A stretch of DNA of 64,000 nt. It comes from Alphaproteobacteria bacterium. Its GTDB lineage: Bacteria; Pseudomonadota; Alphaproteobacteria; SP197. Of this stretch, positions 18,643-27,906 are shown piece after piece. The DNA is taken from contig CBDAUG010000001.1 in NCBI GenBank assembly GCA_965200495.1, positions 1,191,406-1,255,405 on the forward strand. Direction: 5' to 3'. Under the pieces are notes generated by a model, which was not told the DNA's origin, did not search any database, and saw only the letters and a list, made by a program, of their open reading frames with translations. A program made the translations under genes and the position numbers. The number at the start of each line of letters is the position of its first letter. Position 1 is the first letter of the stretch.

Positions 18643-19176
18643 TCAGGTTCTCGTGGCGGGTGCGAAATCGATGACCCTGGCCTCGTGACCGCAGGCCGAG
18701 AGGAAGCGCAGGAGATCGCGCGGATGAAGCACTGTCGTCCGGTTGTTGACGAGCGGATGCAGGTTGACGCGATCCGTTTCCATGATGGCTTGATCGATGC
18801 ACACGCCGATGTCCTCGTCCGTGTCATTGATCAGGGCAAAGGGCGTGACGGCCCCGGGTTCGACACCGAGGATGTCACGCACTCTTTCGGGGCGAGCGAA
18901 ACTCAGGCGTGCAGAGCCGATGAGTCCGGCAAGGACCTTGAGGTCGAGTTGGCGTGATTCCTCGACCACCGCGAGCCACAGCTGCGCCTTCTTGTCCTTG
19001 AAGAACAATGTCTTGCAGTGAAGTCCGGGGAGGCTGCCACGCAACGCGCGGTTGTCGGCCACGGTATGCACAGGCTCATGTTCGTGGGTCGTAGAGGAAA
19101 TGCCGAGTTCCTTGAGTCTGGCGATCAGGTCCCCGGACGTCGCCCTGCCCGGCATTGTCGTCGTTGGTCGGTTCAT
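18643..19176 (-). CDS. YbaK/ProX-like aminoacyl-tRNA deacylase domain protein
   Basis: 177 aa ORF. The core (HxxVHT, GSLPGLHCKTLFFKDKK, AGLIGSARLSFARPE, GAVTPFAL) matches the YbaK/ProRS-editing fold. The start is uncertain: 19176 or the ATG at 19155. Confidence 0.6.
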   Translation of the reverse strand: MNRPTTTMPGRATSGDLIARLKELGISSTTHEHEPVHTVADNRALRGSLPGLHCKTLFFKDKKAQLWLAVVEESRQLDLKVLAGLIGSARLSFARPERVRDILGVEPGAVTPFALINDTDEDIGVCIDQAIMETDRVNLHPLVNNRTTVLHPRDLLRFLSACGHEARVIDFAPATRT

Positions 19177-19260
19177 GGGGCATGTGATCCGGTCTGTTGG
19201 TGCAATCGAACCCCGGCCTTGCGGCGGTCGACGAATGTCCTACACTTCGCCGGACCTGAT

Positions 19261-19282
19261 GCAAGGGGTCTCGATCCCTTGC
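19261..19282. promoter_or_regulatory. Perfect 7-bp inverted repeat with 8-nt spacer (GCAAGGG-N8-CCCTTGC) in the amt/ybaK-like divergent upstream region
   Basis: gcaaggggtctcgatcccttgc lies 28 nt upstream of the amt RBS. It could be an operator or an RNA hairpin. No sigma-54 (TGGCAC-N5-TTGCW) element was found nearby. Confidence 0.3.
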
Positions 19283-19309
19283 TGATCACTGCTGGAGGGT
19301 TCCAGGAAG

Positions 19310-20758
19310 ATGACTGAACAACTGGCTTCGCTTACCGTCATCTTCACGGAATTCTACTATTGGGTCACGGTCGTCCTCATGTTCCTGATCCATGTAGGGT
19401 TCTGTGTCTACGAGGTCGGCGCGTCGCGCCGCAAGAATATTCAACACACGCTGATGAAGAACACGATGCTGATCCCGCTGGTCACCATCACGTTCTTCTA
19501 TTTCGGGTGGTGGATCTATTTCGCCTTCCCACACTTCCCGCTGATGGGCGGATTGCTCGATGCGCCCTTTGCCGTGCCGTGGTCCGAACTCATGGGCGCC
19601 CACATGGGTGGCGCAGTCACTGTCCAAGCGTCGAGCCTGACGGCCGATGACACCATGTACTGGGCCCGCATCAACGGGGTCTTCTGGGCAGCATTCCTGC
19701 TGTTCTCATGGACCACCGCGTCGATCGTCTCCGGCGCCGTCATCGAACGCATCAAGACCCAGGCATTCCTGATCGTGGTCGTTCTTGTCGGTTCGGTGAC
19801 ATGGATCATCGATGCCGCCTGGGGCTGGAGCTACAATGGCTGGATGGTACAGCTGTGGGGCTATCACGATGCCTACGCATCCTCGGTGGTGCACGGCATT
19901 GCCGGTGGTTCGGCGCTTGGCATCCTCGTTGTGCTGGGTCCCCGGCTGGGCAAGTTCGCCGCCGATGGCACACCACGCGACATACCCCAGAACAACCCCT
20001 GGCTCGTCACGGTCGGTCTCTTCCTGATCTACACCGGGTTCTGGGGGTTCTATGCCGCGTGCAACATTCCCATCATCGACTACACCGCGGATGTCCTTGG
20101 AGCCGAGGGAGACCCCTTCTTCACGGCCACCAACATCTACCTGACACCGACATCGCTTTCCGCGATTACATTCAACTTCCTGATGTCGCTCTCGGGCGGT
20201 CTCCTGGCAGGCTATCTGGTCTCGAGGGGGCAGCCGTTCTGGAGTTATTCGGGCGGTCTTGCAGGTGTTATCTGCGCCTCTGCCGGCAACGATCTCTATC
20301 ATCCGATCGAGGCGATGCTCATCGCCATGGTCGGTGTGTGGATCGCCTACAAGATGCACCACTGGGTGGAGCGGAAGTTCAGGATCGACGATGCGGTGGG
20401 CGCCGTGGCCGTGCACGGTTACGCCGGTTTCGCCGGGACGGTGATCGCCGGCTTCATGCTTTGGGGTTATCCCTCCAACATCGCCTACGAGGCATCGGGC
20501 TGGTTCGGCAACACCGACGGTGTGGCATCCATCACCCCGCTCGGCCAGTTCCTCGGCGCCGTCATGATGTTCTGGGTTCTTGGTTTCCTGCCCTGCTGGG
20601 TTCTGGCCAAGATTCTCGACGGCCTGGGCTGGCTGCGCGTGCCGCGCGAGGTCGAACTGGCCGGTCTCGATACCCATGACTACGGGGACGCCTTCCCGTA
20701 CCATGCCTATCGGGACACGGCGATGGAGGACATCGACCGCGATCTTGCGAAGAGCTGA
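19310..20758 (+). CDS. amt: Ammonium transporter (Amt/MEP family)
   Basis: 482 aa, 11 TM helices. Amt signatures are present (SGAVIERIK, VVHGIAGGSALGILVVLGPRLGKF). GGAGGG RBS upstream. Confidence 0.85.
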   Translation: MTEQLASLTVIFTEFYYWVTVVLMFLIHVGFCVYEVGASRRKNIQHTLMKNTMLIPLVTITFFYFGWWIYFAFPHFPLMGGLLDAPFAVPWSELMGAHMGGAVTVQASSLTADDTMYWARINGVFWAAFLLFSWTTASIVSGAVIERIKTQAFLIVVVLVGSVTWIIDAAWGWSYNGWMVQLWGYHDAYASSVVHGIAGGSALGILVVLGPRLGKFAADGTPRDIPQNNPWLVTVGLFLIYTGFWGFYAACNIPIIDYTADVLGAEGDPFFTATNIYLTPTSLSAITFNFLMSLSGGLLAGYLVSRGQPFWSYSGGLAGVICASAGNDLYHPIEAMLIAMVGVWIAYKMHHWVERKFRIDDAVGAVAVHGYAGFAGTVIAGFMLWGYPSNIAYEASGWFGNTDGVASITPLGQFLGAVMMFWVLGFLPCWVLAKILDGLGWLRVPREVELAGLDTHDYGDAFPYHAYRDTAMEDIDRDLAKS

Positions 20759-20785
20759 GCGGTCTCGGAAAGGAGACAGGAAACC

Positions 20786-21019
20786 ATGTCTACCAATGTT
20801 CAAAGCTGGTCCGATGTTGCGTCTCTGGGCGCCATCTATCCCTTCCCGGGAATCGAGTGGGTGCTCGTTCTTGCCGCCGTCGCCATCTGGGTGATCTGGC
20901 ACGTCTGGCAGATCCGTTCGGAGAATGCCGAGTACGATGCCGCGGTCAGCCATTACAGGGATGTCGGTATGGATAAGGCCCTCGATCATCGAGGGCGCCA
21001 TGACGCCATGCTCGACTGA
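20786..21019 (+). CDS. Small single-TM membrane protein of unknown function, encoded 27 nt downstream of amt
   Basis: 77 aa. Strong AAGGAGA RBS. One hydrophobic helix (WVLVLAAVAIWVIWHVW). The third codon position is GC-biased like neighbouring genes. Confidence 0.5.
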   Translation: MSTNVQSWSDVASLGAIYPFPGIEWVLVLAAVAIWVIWHVWQIRSENAEYDAAVSHYRDVGMDKALDHRGRHDAMLD

Positions 21020-21311
21020 CGGGCAGTCACCGGTTCCGGGGGGCGGTGGTGGACCGCCTCCTGTCCGACGCGACCGGGGGATGGCATGGCGCCATCCCCC
21101 GATTGCTGTCGGCAAGGGACAATGCACACGTCATGGCTGTCCGGCAGACCGGACCCTGCCTGGCCTGATGAGGTCACGCGACAGCGGACGAAACCGGTCA
21201 TGCGTGCGCTTCGCGAACACGTGCCGCATCGTCCGTTCGACGCTGACGGGATGGCAGCCGGTCACACCTTCAGCAGGCTGTGACATGCCCATCGAACGAG
21301 TGCCCGGGGTG

Positions 21312-21728
21312 TTACAGGCGTACCGGCCAGCGGGGCTCCACCTCGGTCCACTCGTCATCGCGATCCTGCGGCCATGGTGGCATGGTGACCGCGAAGGCCG
21401 AGAGTGCGCCGCCCGGGTCGGCGCGGAACTGGAAGGAGGTGCCAAGCGGGATTGTCAGACAGAGGCCGGGGATCAGTGCGATAACCTCTTCGTGCCCGTC
21501 CATGCGGCGCCACATCTCGCCGCGGCCTTCGAGGATGTACCAGATTTCTTCCACACTGCGGTGGCATCCGGCGCGCGATACGGTGCCCGGTGCCAGGCGG
21601 AAATGGGCGCCGCTGCCGCCGGCAAGAGAGCACAGAATGCGGACCTCCGCACCATCCGGTGCGAGCGTATCGGCTTGGCGTGGCAACTGTCGGGCCGCAG
21701 GGCGCCGTTGGTGAACGTCAGCAATCAT
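21312..21728 (-). CDS. Cupin-domain protein
   Basis: ORF 21312..21887(-). The cupin barrel core (HRSVEEIWYILEGRGEMW...LIPGLCLTIPLGTSFQFRA) fills the C-terminal about 130 aa. The ATG at 21728 gives a typical roughly 138 aa cupin. The longer N-terminal extension to 21887 is not excluded. Confidence 0.55.
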   Translation of the reverse strand: MIADVHQRRPAARQLPRQADTLAPDGAEVRILCSLAGGSGAHFRLAPGTVSRAGCHRSVEEIWYILEGRGEMWRRMDGHEEVIALIPGLCLTIPLGTSFQFRADPGGALSAFAVTMPPWPQDRDDEWTEVEPRWPVRL

Positions 21729-22011
21729 GAGATGGCGTGACAGGAGTTCATCAATGGTGATTCCAGACAGTGCCCGGGCATGAGCGCATTGCGCGAGGGC
21801 GCCAGAGGGTGTGTCAGGTGTGATCCTGAACAGTGTTCGCCCAAGACCCATGGGCACGGGCGCCCCATGGGTACGGGCGATCGGCACGGCGTGTGGTCAT
21901 TCATCGGTGTTGTGATCCCGAAGAGTCGTCGCCCGTAACCCATACCATGCTGGACAAGGAACAGCCATCCGGTGCTGGCGATGCGCTTGGCTGCCGGGTA
22001 TCGTTGCGGCC

Positions 22012-22233
22012 ATGAAACAGGAACTCGATGTGCGGGGACTCGCCTGTCCCCTGCCCGTGCTCAAGGCGCGCAAGCGCCTCAAGGAGATGGCGAGCGGGGA
22101 GGTTCTCGTCGTTCATGCCACGGACCCTGGTTCGCAGAAGGATTTCGAGGCCTTCGCCGACACCACGGGTCATGCCCTGCTGGCCGCGGCGACGGATTCC
22201 GGCGTCTACACCTTCGAGATTCGACGCCGCTGA
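22012..22233 (+). CDS. TusA-like sulfurtransferase (SirA/YedF/YeeD family)
   Basis: 73 aa. The DVRGLACPLPVLKARKRL motif carries the conserved CPxP cysteine. It has the typical two-layer alpha/beta size. Confidence 0.75.
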   Translation: MKQELDVRGLACPLPVLKARKRLKEMASGEVLVVHATDPGSQKDFEAFADTTGHALLAAATDSGVYTFEIRRR

Positions 22234-22275
22234 TCCTTGTCTTGCGGATGGTCGCCTTGTGGTCCACACTGGCAC

Positions 22276-22368
22276 CAGTCACTCACGGGGAGCTCCTTGG
22301 GAGCTGAGAGATGCCGAGAGGCATCGACCCGTCGAACCTGATCCGGATCATGCCGGCGTAGGGATTGA
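22276..22368 (+). ncRNA. TPP (thiamine pyrophosphate) riboswitch, THI-box, in the 5' leader of thiB
   Basis: Conserved THI-element core: CACGGGGAGCTCCTTGGGAGCTGAGAG...GACCC...GAACCTGATCCGGATCATGCCGGCGTAGGGA (CTGAGA and the ACCTGATC(T/C)GGATAATGCCAGCGTAGGGA consensus). Downstream, CACCTCCCC can pair with the thiB SD GGAGG, which would be a translational expression platform. Confidence 0.8.
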
Positions 22369-22429
22369 GGAGACGGTCTTTCCCCCACCAGAAAGGCACC
22401 TCCCCGGCACCGGCGCCGAAGGAGGAACC

Positions 22430-23425
22430 ATGGCAAGAGTCTTGACCTTTCTGTCGGTTGCCTTGCTGACCATGCTGTCAGCGCGCGCCGAAACACTTGA
22501 TATCTACACCTACGAATCCTTTGTCAGCGAGTGGGGCCCGGGACCTGAGATCGAGGAGGCCTTCGAGGCGCGTTGCGCGTGCACCATCCGCTGGACGGCG
22601 GTCGATGACGCCGCAATCCTGTTGTCGAGACTGCGCCTCGAGGGATCAGGCGGCGAGGCGGATGTGGTGCTCGGGCTCGATACCAACCTGATGGCGGAAA
22701 CCCGCGATCTTGGCCTTGTGCGCCCGCACGGCCTTGCCGGCCTGGAGTTTGATCTTCCTGTTCCCTGGGATGATTCCGTCTTTGTTCCCTTCGATTACGG
22801 GTATTTCGCGGTGATCTACGATGATCAGGCGCTGCCTCGGCCACCGGCATCACTCGATGAACTGGTGTCGGGCGGCGACGGCGCCGATCTCATTATCCAG
22901 GATCCCCGTACCAGTACTCCGGGGCTGGGCCTCCTGCTGTGGATGAAGTCTGTCTACGGCGATTCTGCGGCTGACGCCTGGCGCAGGCTGTCGTCACGTG
23001 TTCTCACCGTGACCGCGGGCTGGAGCGAGGCCTACGGGCTGTTCCTGGAGGGCGAGGCGCCGATGGTGCTGAGCTATACAACCTCGCCTGCCTATCACCG
23101 GCTTGTCGAGGGCGAAACGCGTTACCGTGCCGCCATGTTCGAGGAAGGCCACTACATGCAGATCGAGGTGGCGGCCATGGTCGATGGCACGGACCAGGAA
23201 GACCTCGCCCGCGACTTTCTGAGCTTCATTGCGACGCCGGAGTTCCAGGGCGCCATTCCGACGGGCAACTGGATGTACCCGGTGATCGATCTCGGTGACG
23301 ATCTGCCGGACGTCTTCCGTGAACTGCCGGAGCCTGCCATGTCACTGCTGCTGGCGCCGGAAGAAGCCGGCGCCATGCGCCGACAGTGGACCGACGAGTG
23401 GCTGGAGGCGGCCATCGGAGAATGA
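22430..23425 (+). CDS. thiB: Thiamine ABC transporter substrate-binding protein
   Basis: ORF 22028..23425 trimmed to the ATG at 22430, which has a perfect AAGGAGGAACC RBS. Signal peptide MARVLTFLSVALLTMLSARA. Periplasmic binding protein fold of about 331 aa. Preceded by the TPP riboswitch and followed by thiP/thiQ. Confidence 0.85.
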   Translation: MARVLTFLSVALLTMLSARAETLDIYTYESFVSEWGPGPEIEEAFEARCACTIRWTAVDDAAILLSRLRLEGSGGEADVVLGLDTNLMAETRDLGLVRPHGLAGLEFDLPVPWDDSVFVPFDYGYFAVIYDDQALPRPPASLDELVSGGDGADLIIQDPRTSTPGLGLLLWMKSVYGDSAADAWRRLSSRVLTVTAGWSEAYGLFLEGEAPMVLSYTTSPAYHRLVEGETRYRAAMFEEGHYMQIEVAAMVDGTDQEDLARDFLSFIATPEFQGAIPTGNWMYPVIDLGDDLPDVFRELPEPAMSLLLAPEEAGAMRRQWTDEWLEAAIGE

Positions 23426-25023
23426 TGGTCGGTTTGCGGCCGCTGCTATGGCCCGGAGTGTTGGCGCTCGTCGCCTCTCCGGGTCTGGCGGTACTGGCGC
23501 TCGCGGCGCTTCTCGAAGCGGCCCCTCTGGGAGAAGCGGGGCGTCTGCTCGATCGCTACGCACTCCACGTGCTCGCCTTCACGGTTCTCCAGGCCACGCT
23601 CTCCACGGCTCTTTCCCTGGGGTTTGCCGTTCCTCTTGCCCGGGCCCTGGCGCGCCGCCCGGTTTTTCCGGGACGCGGCATCGTGATCCGCCTCTTCGGC
23701 ATCCCGCTGGTCCTGCCGGCCATCGTCGCCGTGTTCGGGGTGGTGGCCGTGTGGGGACACGACGGCGCCGTCAACGCTGCGCTGGGCGCGCTCACAGTGG
23801 AGAAACTCGGTCCGATCTATGGACTGGGCGGCATTCTCATTGCCCACACCTTCTTCAACATTCCGCTTGCCGTGCGCCTGATGCTGCCGCTCTGGGAGTC
23901 CATTCCCGGGGAAACATGGAGGCTTGCCGCCCAGCTCGGCATGTCCTCGTGGCCGATCTTCCGGCTGATCGAGTGGCCCCGCATGGCAGAGATTCTGCCC
24001 GGCATCGCGATGCTCGTCTTTCTCCTCACATTCTCCAGCTTCACCGTCGTGCTCGCCCTTGGCGGCGGCCCCCGGGCGGCCACCCTTGAAGTGGCGATCT
24101 ATCAGGCGCTGCGGCTGGATTTCGACATCGTGCGTGCGGTCTTCCTTGCCGTGCTCCAGGTGGTGATCTGCGGCACCGTTGCCATCGTCCTCTTCCGTTT
24201 CGCCAGATTTTCCCTGAGTGAGGCCGGGGCGGGCAGGATCACCAGGCGTCCTGATTCCCATGGCTGGCCGGGCCGCATCGGCGATGTCCTCATGATCGCC
24301 GCCGGCATCTTCTGGGTTGGCGCGCCGCTGGCCGGAGTCGCGATTTCCGGTCTGACCGGGCCACTCGCGGATGTTCTTGCCCGCCAGGATGTCTGGCTTG
24401 CGGCGCTGCGCAGTGTGGTGGTCGGGCTTGGCGCCGGTGTCGTTGCCGTCACCGTCGGCCTCCTGCTCGGCGCCACGACCTGCGATCTGGCCATGCGCCG
24501 CCACCGTCGCCGCATGGCTGATGTCCTCGAGATTGCCGGCAGTCAGACCCTTGTCGTGTCACCGGTGGTGCTGGGCGCCGGCCTCTTCGTTCTTCTCCTC
24601 GGGCATGTCCGGGTGTTCGACTGGGCCCTGCCGCTTGCCGCCCTGGTCAACGGACTGGTTTGCGTCCCCTATGTGCTGCGACTCGTCTCGCCGGTCCTGC
24701 GCCGGGCGGCAGCCCACCATGACCGGCTGTGCGCCAGTCTGGGTCTTGCAGGAATCCGCCGGATTGTCTGGCTCGAAGGCCCTCTGGCGCTGCGTCCGCT
24801 GGCCACGGCGCTCGCCCTGGCCACGGCGCTGGCCGCAGGCGACCTCACCGCTATCGCGCTGTTTGGAACCGAGCGCGAGGCAACCCTTGCGCTGCTTCTC
24901 TACCGGGCACTGGGCAGTTATCGGATGGATGAGGCGGCGGTGATCGCACTCTTTCTTGTGCTCGTGTGCCTTGCCATCTTTGTTGTCATCGAGGGCCTCG
25001 GTCGTGTCGCTGCCCGGACTTGA
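23422..25023 (+). CDS. thiP: Thiamine ABC transporter permease (duplicated TMD)
   Basis: 533 aa with two tandem ABC permease domains (12 TM). Start overlaps the thiB stop (ATGATG at 23422-23427). Confidence 0.85.
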   Translation: MMVGLRPLLWPGVLALVASPGLAVLALAALLEAAPLGEAGRLLDRYALHVLAFTVLQATLSTALSLGFAVPLARALARRPVFPGRGIVIRLFGIPLVLPAIVAVFGVVAVWGHDGAVNAALGALTVEKLGPIYGLGGILIAHTFFNIPLAVRLMLPLWESIPGETWRLAAQLGMSSWPIFRLIEWPRMAEILPGIAMLVFLLTFSSFTVVLALGGGPRAATLEVAIYQALRLDFDIVRAVFLAVLQVVICGTVAIVLFRFARFSLSEAGAGRITRRPDSHGWPGRIGDVLMIAAGIFWVGAPLAGVAISGLTGPLADVLARQDVWLAALRSVVVGLGAGVVAVTVGLLLGATTCDLAMRRHRRRMADVLEIAGSQTLVVSPVVLGAGLFVLLLGHVRVFDWALPLAALVNGLVCVPYVLRLVSPVLRRAAAHHDRLCASLGLAGIRRIVWLEGPLALRPLATALALATALAAGDLTAIALFGTEREATLALLLYRALGSYRMDEAAVIALFLVLVCLAIFVVIEGLGRVAART

Positions 25024-25735
25024 ATTCGACGGCGTCATGTTCGAACAGGGAGGCTGGAGTCTGGCCGCCGATCTTGCCGTGCGCCGCGGCGCACTGCTGG
25101 CGCTCATCGGCGCCAGCGGCGCCGGAAAGAGTACGCTGCTGTCTCTGGCCGCCGGATTCGACAGGCCGCGCGCGGGGCGCGTTCTCGTCGATGGAAGGGA
25201 GGTCACGGATCTCCCGCCGGCATCGAGACCGATCACCACGCTCTTTCAGGAGCACAATCTGTTTGCCCACCTCTCGGCTCTCGAAAACGTCGCCCTTGGG
25301 CTTCATCCCGGTCTGGCATTGACGGCCACGGAGCGGCGCATGGCCCATGAGGCTCTCTCACGCGTGGAACTGGAGGCCATGGTTCATCGGCGGCCCGGCG
25401 CGTTGTCCGGTGGCGAGCGTCAACGGGTCGCCATTGCAAGGGCGCTTGTGATGAAACGCCCCGTGTTGCTGCTCGACGAGCCCTTCGCGGCTCTCGGCCC
25501 GGCGCTGCGGCGCGCCATGCTCGATCTCGTATCAAGGCTGAGAAGCGAGGCGGGGCTGACCGTGGTCATGGTCACCCATGCCCCCGCCGATGCCCGGCGC
25601 ATTGCCGACTCGGTTGCCTTCATGGACGGCGGACGCATTCTTCTCACCGGGCCCACGGACACGGTTCTTGACGCTCCGGAACTGCCCGAGCTGGTGCGCT
25701 ATCTTGATCCCGGTCAGGATGAGGATGGGTTGTGA
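25004..25735 (+). CDS. thiQ: Thiamine ABC transporter ATP-binding protein
   Basis: Walker A GASGAGKSTLL, signature LSGGERQRVAIARAL, Walker B LLLDEPFAAL. Start chosen as the GTG at 25004, overlapping the thiP end. The ATG at 24956 would overlap thiP by 68 nt. Confidence 0.8.
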   Translation: MSLPGLEFDGVMFEQGGWSLAADLAVRRGALLALIGASGAGKSTLLSLAAGFDRPRAGRVLVDGREVTDLPPASRPITTLFQEHNLFAHLSALENVALGLHPGLALTATERRMAHEALSRVELEAMVHRRPGALSGGERQRVAIARALVMKRPVLLLDEPFAALGPALRRAMLDLVSRLRSEAGLTVVMVTHAPADARRIADSVAFMDGGRILLTGPTDTVLDAPELPELVRYLDPGQDEDGL

Positions 25736-26133
25736 TCCGCCAGGGCGGTAGCAAGGGCTGCCTTCTCGGGGCCGGCAACGAGAGGACTTGCGAACACCGC
25801 GTCGGGGTCCATGAACTGCATGTCGATCTCCTCGCCCGGCGGCACGCACGGAGAATCGTCCGACTCGATCAGGTAGTAGACTGGCGTGTAGGGTGCGCGT
25901 GTCCACGCGCTGATGAGCGTTCCCGGATCATGGAGCTCCCGCACGATCCGAATGTCCATGCCGGTCTCTTCCCGGAACTCCCTCCGAAGGGCCTCGTATG
26001 CGGTCTCGCCGTCATCGACTCCACCGCCCGGGTACTTCCATACGAAGACCCCGGCGACATGTTCGGCGGCAACGAGAACCTGGCGGCTGCGCAACAGGAC
26101 GCCATAGACACGGTAGTTCTGTGGATGGGTCAT
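25714..26133 (-). CDS. NUDIX hydrolase
   Basis: ORF 25714..26385(-) trimmed to the ATG at 26133 (MTHPQNYRVYGVLL...), about 139 aa. Nudix box GGGVDDGETAYEALRREFREETG. Convergent with thiQ. Confidence 0.75.
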   Translation of the reverse strand: MTHPQNYRVYGVLLRSRQVLVAAEHVAGVFVWKYPGGGVDDGETAYEALRREFREETGMDIRIVRELHDPGTLISAWTRAPYTPVYYLIESDDSPCVPPGEEIDMQFMDPDAVFASPLVAGPEKAALATALADHNPSSS

Positions 26134-26217
26134 GAGGCGGGCGCCGACCGCATTCGTGTCATGATGCAGGACCTGTTGTAAGAGACACGGGTGGTCGGCT
26201 CTACCGGAAAATGCACC

Positions 26218-27591
26218 ATGGCGGCAAGCACGAACATTCTCGAGACCATCGGCAACACGCCGATTGTCGAGGTGCGATCCTTCGATACCGGTCCCTGTCG
26301 TTTGTTCCTGAAGCTGGAAAACCAGAATCCGGGAGGATCGATCAAGGATCGCCCGGCGCTTTCCATGGTGGAGGCCGCTGAACAATCAGGTGCCATCGGG
26401 CCTGGCGGTACGCTGATCGAGGCAACTGCGGGGAACACGGGCCTCGGCCTTGCCCTCGTGGCGCGCCAGAAGGGCTATCGCCTGCTTCTCGTGATACCCG
26501 ACAAGATGAGCCAGGAGAAGATCTTCAACCTGCAGGCCATGGGAGCGGAAGTGCGCCTGACGCGGTCGGATGTCACGAAGGGGCACCCGGAGTACTACCA
26601 GGATCTTGCCCGCCGCCTTGCCGACGAGACCCCCAACAGCGTCTTCGTCAACCAGTTCGGCAATCCGGCGAATCCCTTGGCCCACGAACAGGGCACGGCG
26701 CCGGAGATCTGGGAGCAGATGGACCACGCGGTGGATGCCGTGGTCTGCGGTGTGGGATCAGGCGGCACGATCACCGGGATGGGCCGCTTCTTCGGCCGTG
26801 AGGCACCGCATGTCGAGATGATCCTCGCCGATCCGGTCGGATCGATTCTGGCCGACCACGTCAACACGGGAACCATGGGATCGCTGGGATCCTGGCTTGT
26901 CGAAGGTATCGGCGAGGACTTCATTCCCGAGGTCAGCGATCTCTCCCTCGTCGCGAAGGCCTACAAGGTGACGGATGCCGAAGCCTTTGCTGCGGCGCGC
27001 AAGCTCCTCGTTGACGAAGGCATCCTGGCAGGTTCGTCTTCGGGCACCCTGCTGGCGGCCGCGCTGGCCTATTGTCGTGAACAGGATGAGAAGAAGAACG
27101 TGGTGACGCTGGTCTGCGACAGCGGCAACAAGTACCTCTCCAAGATGTACAACAACTACTGGATGCTCGATCAGGGATTTCTCGAGCGCGAGACCCACGG
27201 CGACCTGCGCGATCTCATCGCCCGTCCCCACGCCGAACGGGCCTCCGTCACCACGTCACCGGACGACACGCTCGCCAACGCGCTGTCGCGCATGAAGCTC
27301 TATGACATCAGCCAGCTTCCCGTCATGACCGGCAACAACGTGGTCGGCATCATCGATGAATCCGACATCCTGTGGGTCGTTCACCGGCGTCCGGATGCCT
27401 TCACGGATCGCGTCGCCTCGGCGATGTCGGCAAGCCCGGAAACCGTCGACGCCACCGCCGACATCGACACCCTGATGACCATCTTCCGCCGCGACCTGAC
27501 GGCGATCGTCGTCGACGGCGACGCCTTTCTCGGCGTCATCACCCGAATCGATCTGCTCAACTGGCTGCGCCGGGAGCGTCGCACGGCCTGA
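26218..27591 (+). CDS. Cystathionine beta-synthase-like protein (PLP-dependent CysK/CBS fold plus C-terminal CBS-domain pair)
   Basis: The PLP lysine region (GGSIKDRPAL) and TAGNTGLGLALVA are typical of the tryptophan-synthase beta / cysteine-synthase family. The C-terminal about 120 aa has two CBS motifs (YDISQLPVMTGNNVVGIIDESDIL..., AIVVDGDAFLGVITRIDLL). Start at the ATG at 26218. Confidence 0.75.
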   Translation: MAASTNILETIGNTPIVEVRSFDTGPCRLFLKLENQNPGGSIKDRPALSMVEAAEQSGAIGPGGTLIEATAGNTGLGLALVARQKGYRLLLVIPDKMSQEKIFNLQAMGAEVRLTRSDVTKGHPEYYQDLARRLADETPNSVFVNQFGNPANPLAHEQGTAPEIWEQMDHAVDAVVCGVGSGGTITGMGRFFGREAPHVEMILADPVGSILADHVNTGTMGSLGSWLVEGIGEDFIPEVSDLSLVAKAYKVTDAEAFAAARKLLVDEGILAGSSSGTLLAAALAYCREQDEKKNVVTLVCDSGNKYLSKMYNNYWMLDQGFLERETHGDLRDLIARPHAERASVTTSPDDTLANALSRMKLYDISQLPVMTGNNVVGIIDESDILWVVHRRPDAFTDRVASAMSASPETVDATADIDTLMTIFRRDLTAIVVDGDAFLGVITRIDLLNWLRRERRTA

Positions 27592-27648
27592 CGAACGCTG
27601 GCTGCAACCCGTTTCCGCGGGGGGTCCTCGGCGGGCGTCGTTCTTGCG

Positions 27649-27906
27649 GTGACGCGGCTGCCAAAGTGGATTGAAAGGCGCGACGATCGACGCTATATCT
27701 CCGGCATGAGCACGTGCAGTCACACAGACGCGCCGCCCGACATACCGGGGTTTCCCCGAGACTGGCGCGAGCAGATCAGGGCGGATCTGGCGGCCCAGCT
27801 TGAGGCCGGCGGTACGCTTTACGGTGTGCGTTCGGACGGCGCCTATATCGCACGCACCAAGGACGGGGACCGGGTGCTTGAGGTGTCCGGGCGAACATCT
27901 GCCTGA
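27649..27906 (+). CDS. Hypothetical small protein (possible remnant antitoxin partner of the downstream zeta-like ATPase)
   Basis: 85 aa ORF immediately upstream of the ATPase remnant. No recognizable motif. The coding call is weak. Confidence 0.25.
   Translation: MTRLPKWIERRDDRRYISGMSTCSHTDAPPDIPGFPRDWREQIRADLAAQLEAGGTLYGVRSDGAYIARTKDGDRVLEVSGRTSA

Noticed and set aside
19180-19309. Expected sigma-54 (-24 TGGCAC / -12 TTGC) NtrC-dependent promoter upstream of amt
   Set aside because: No GG-N10-GC element with the right spacing is present. Only the palindrome at 19261-19282 stands out.
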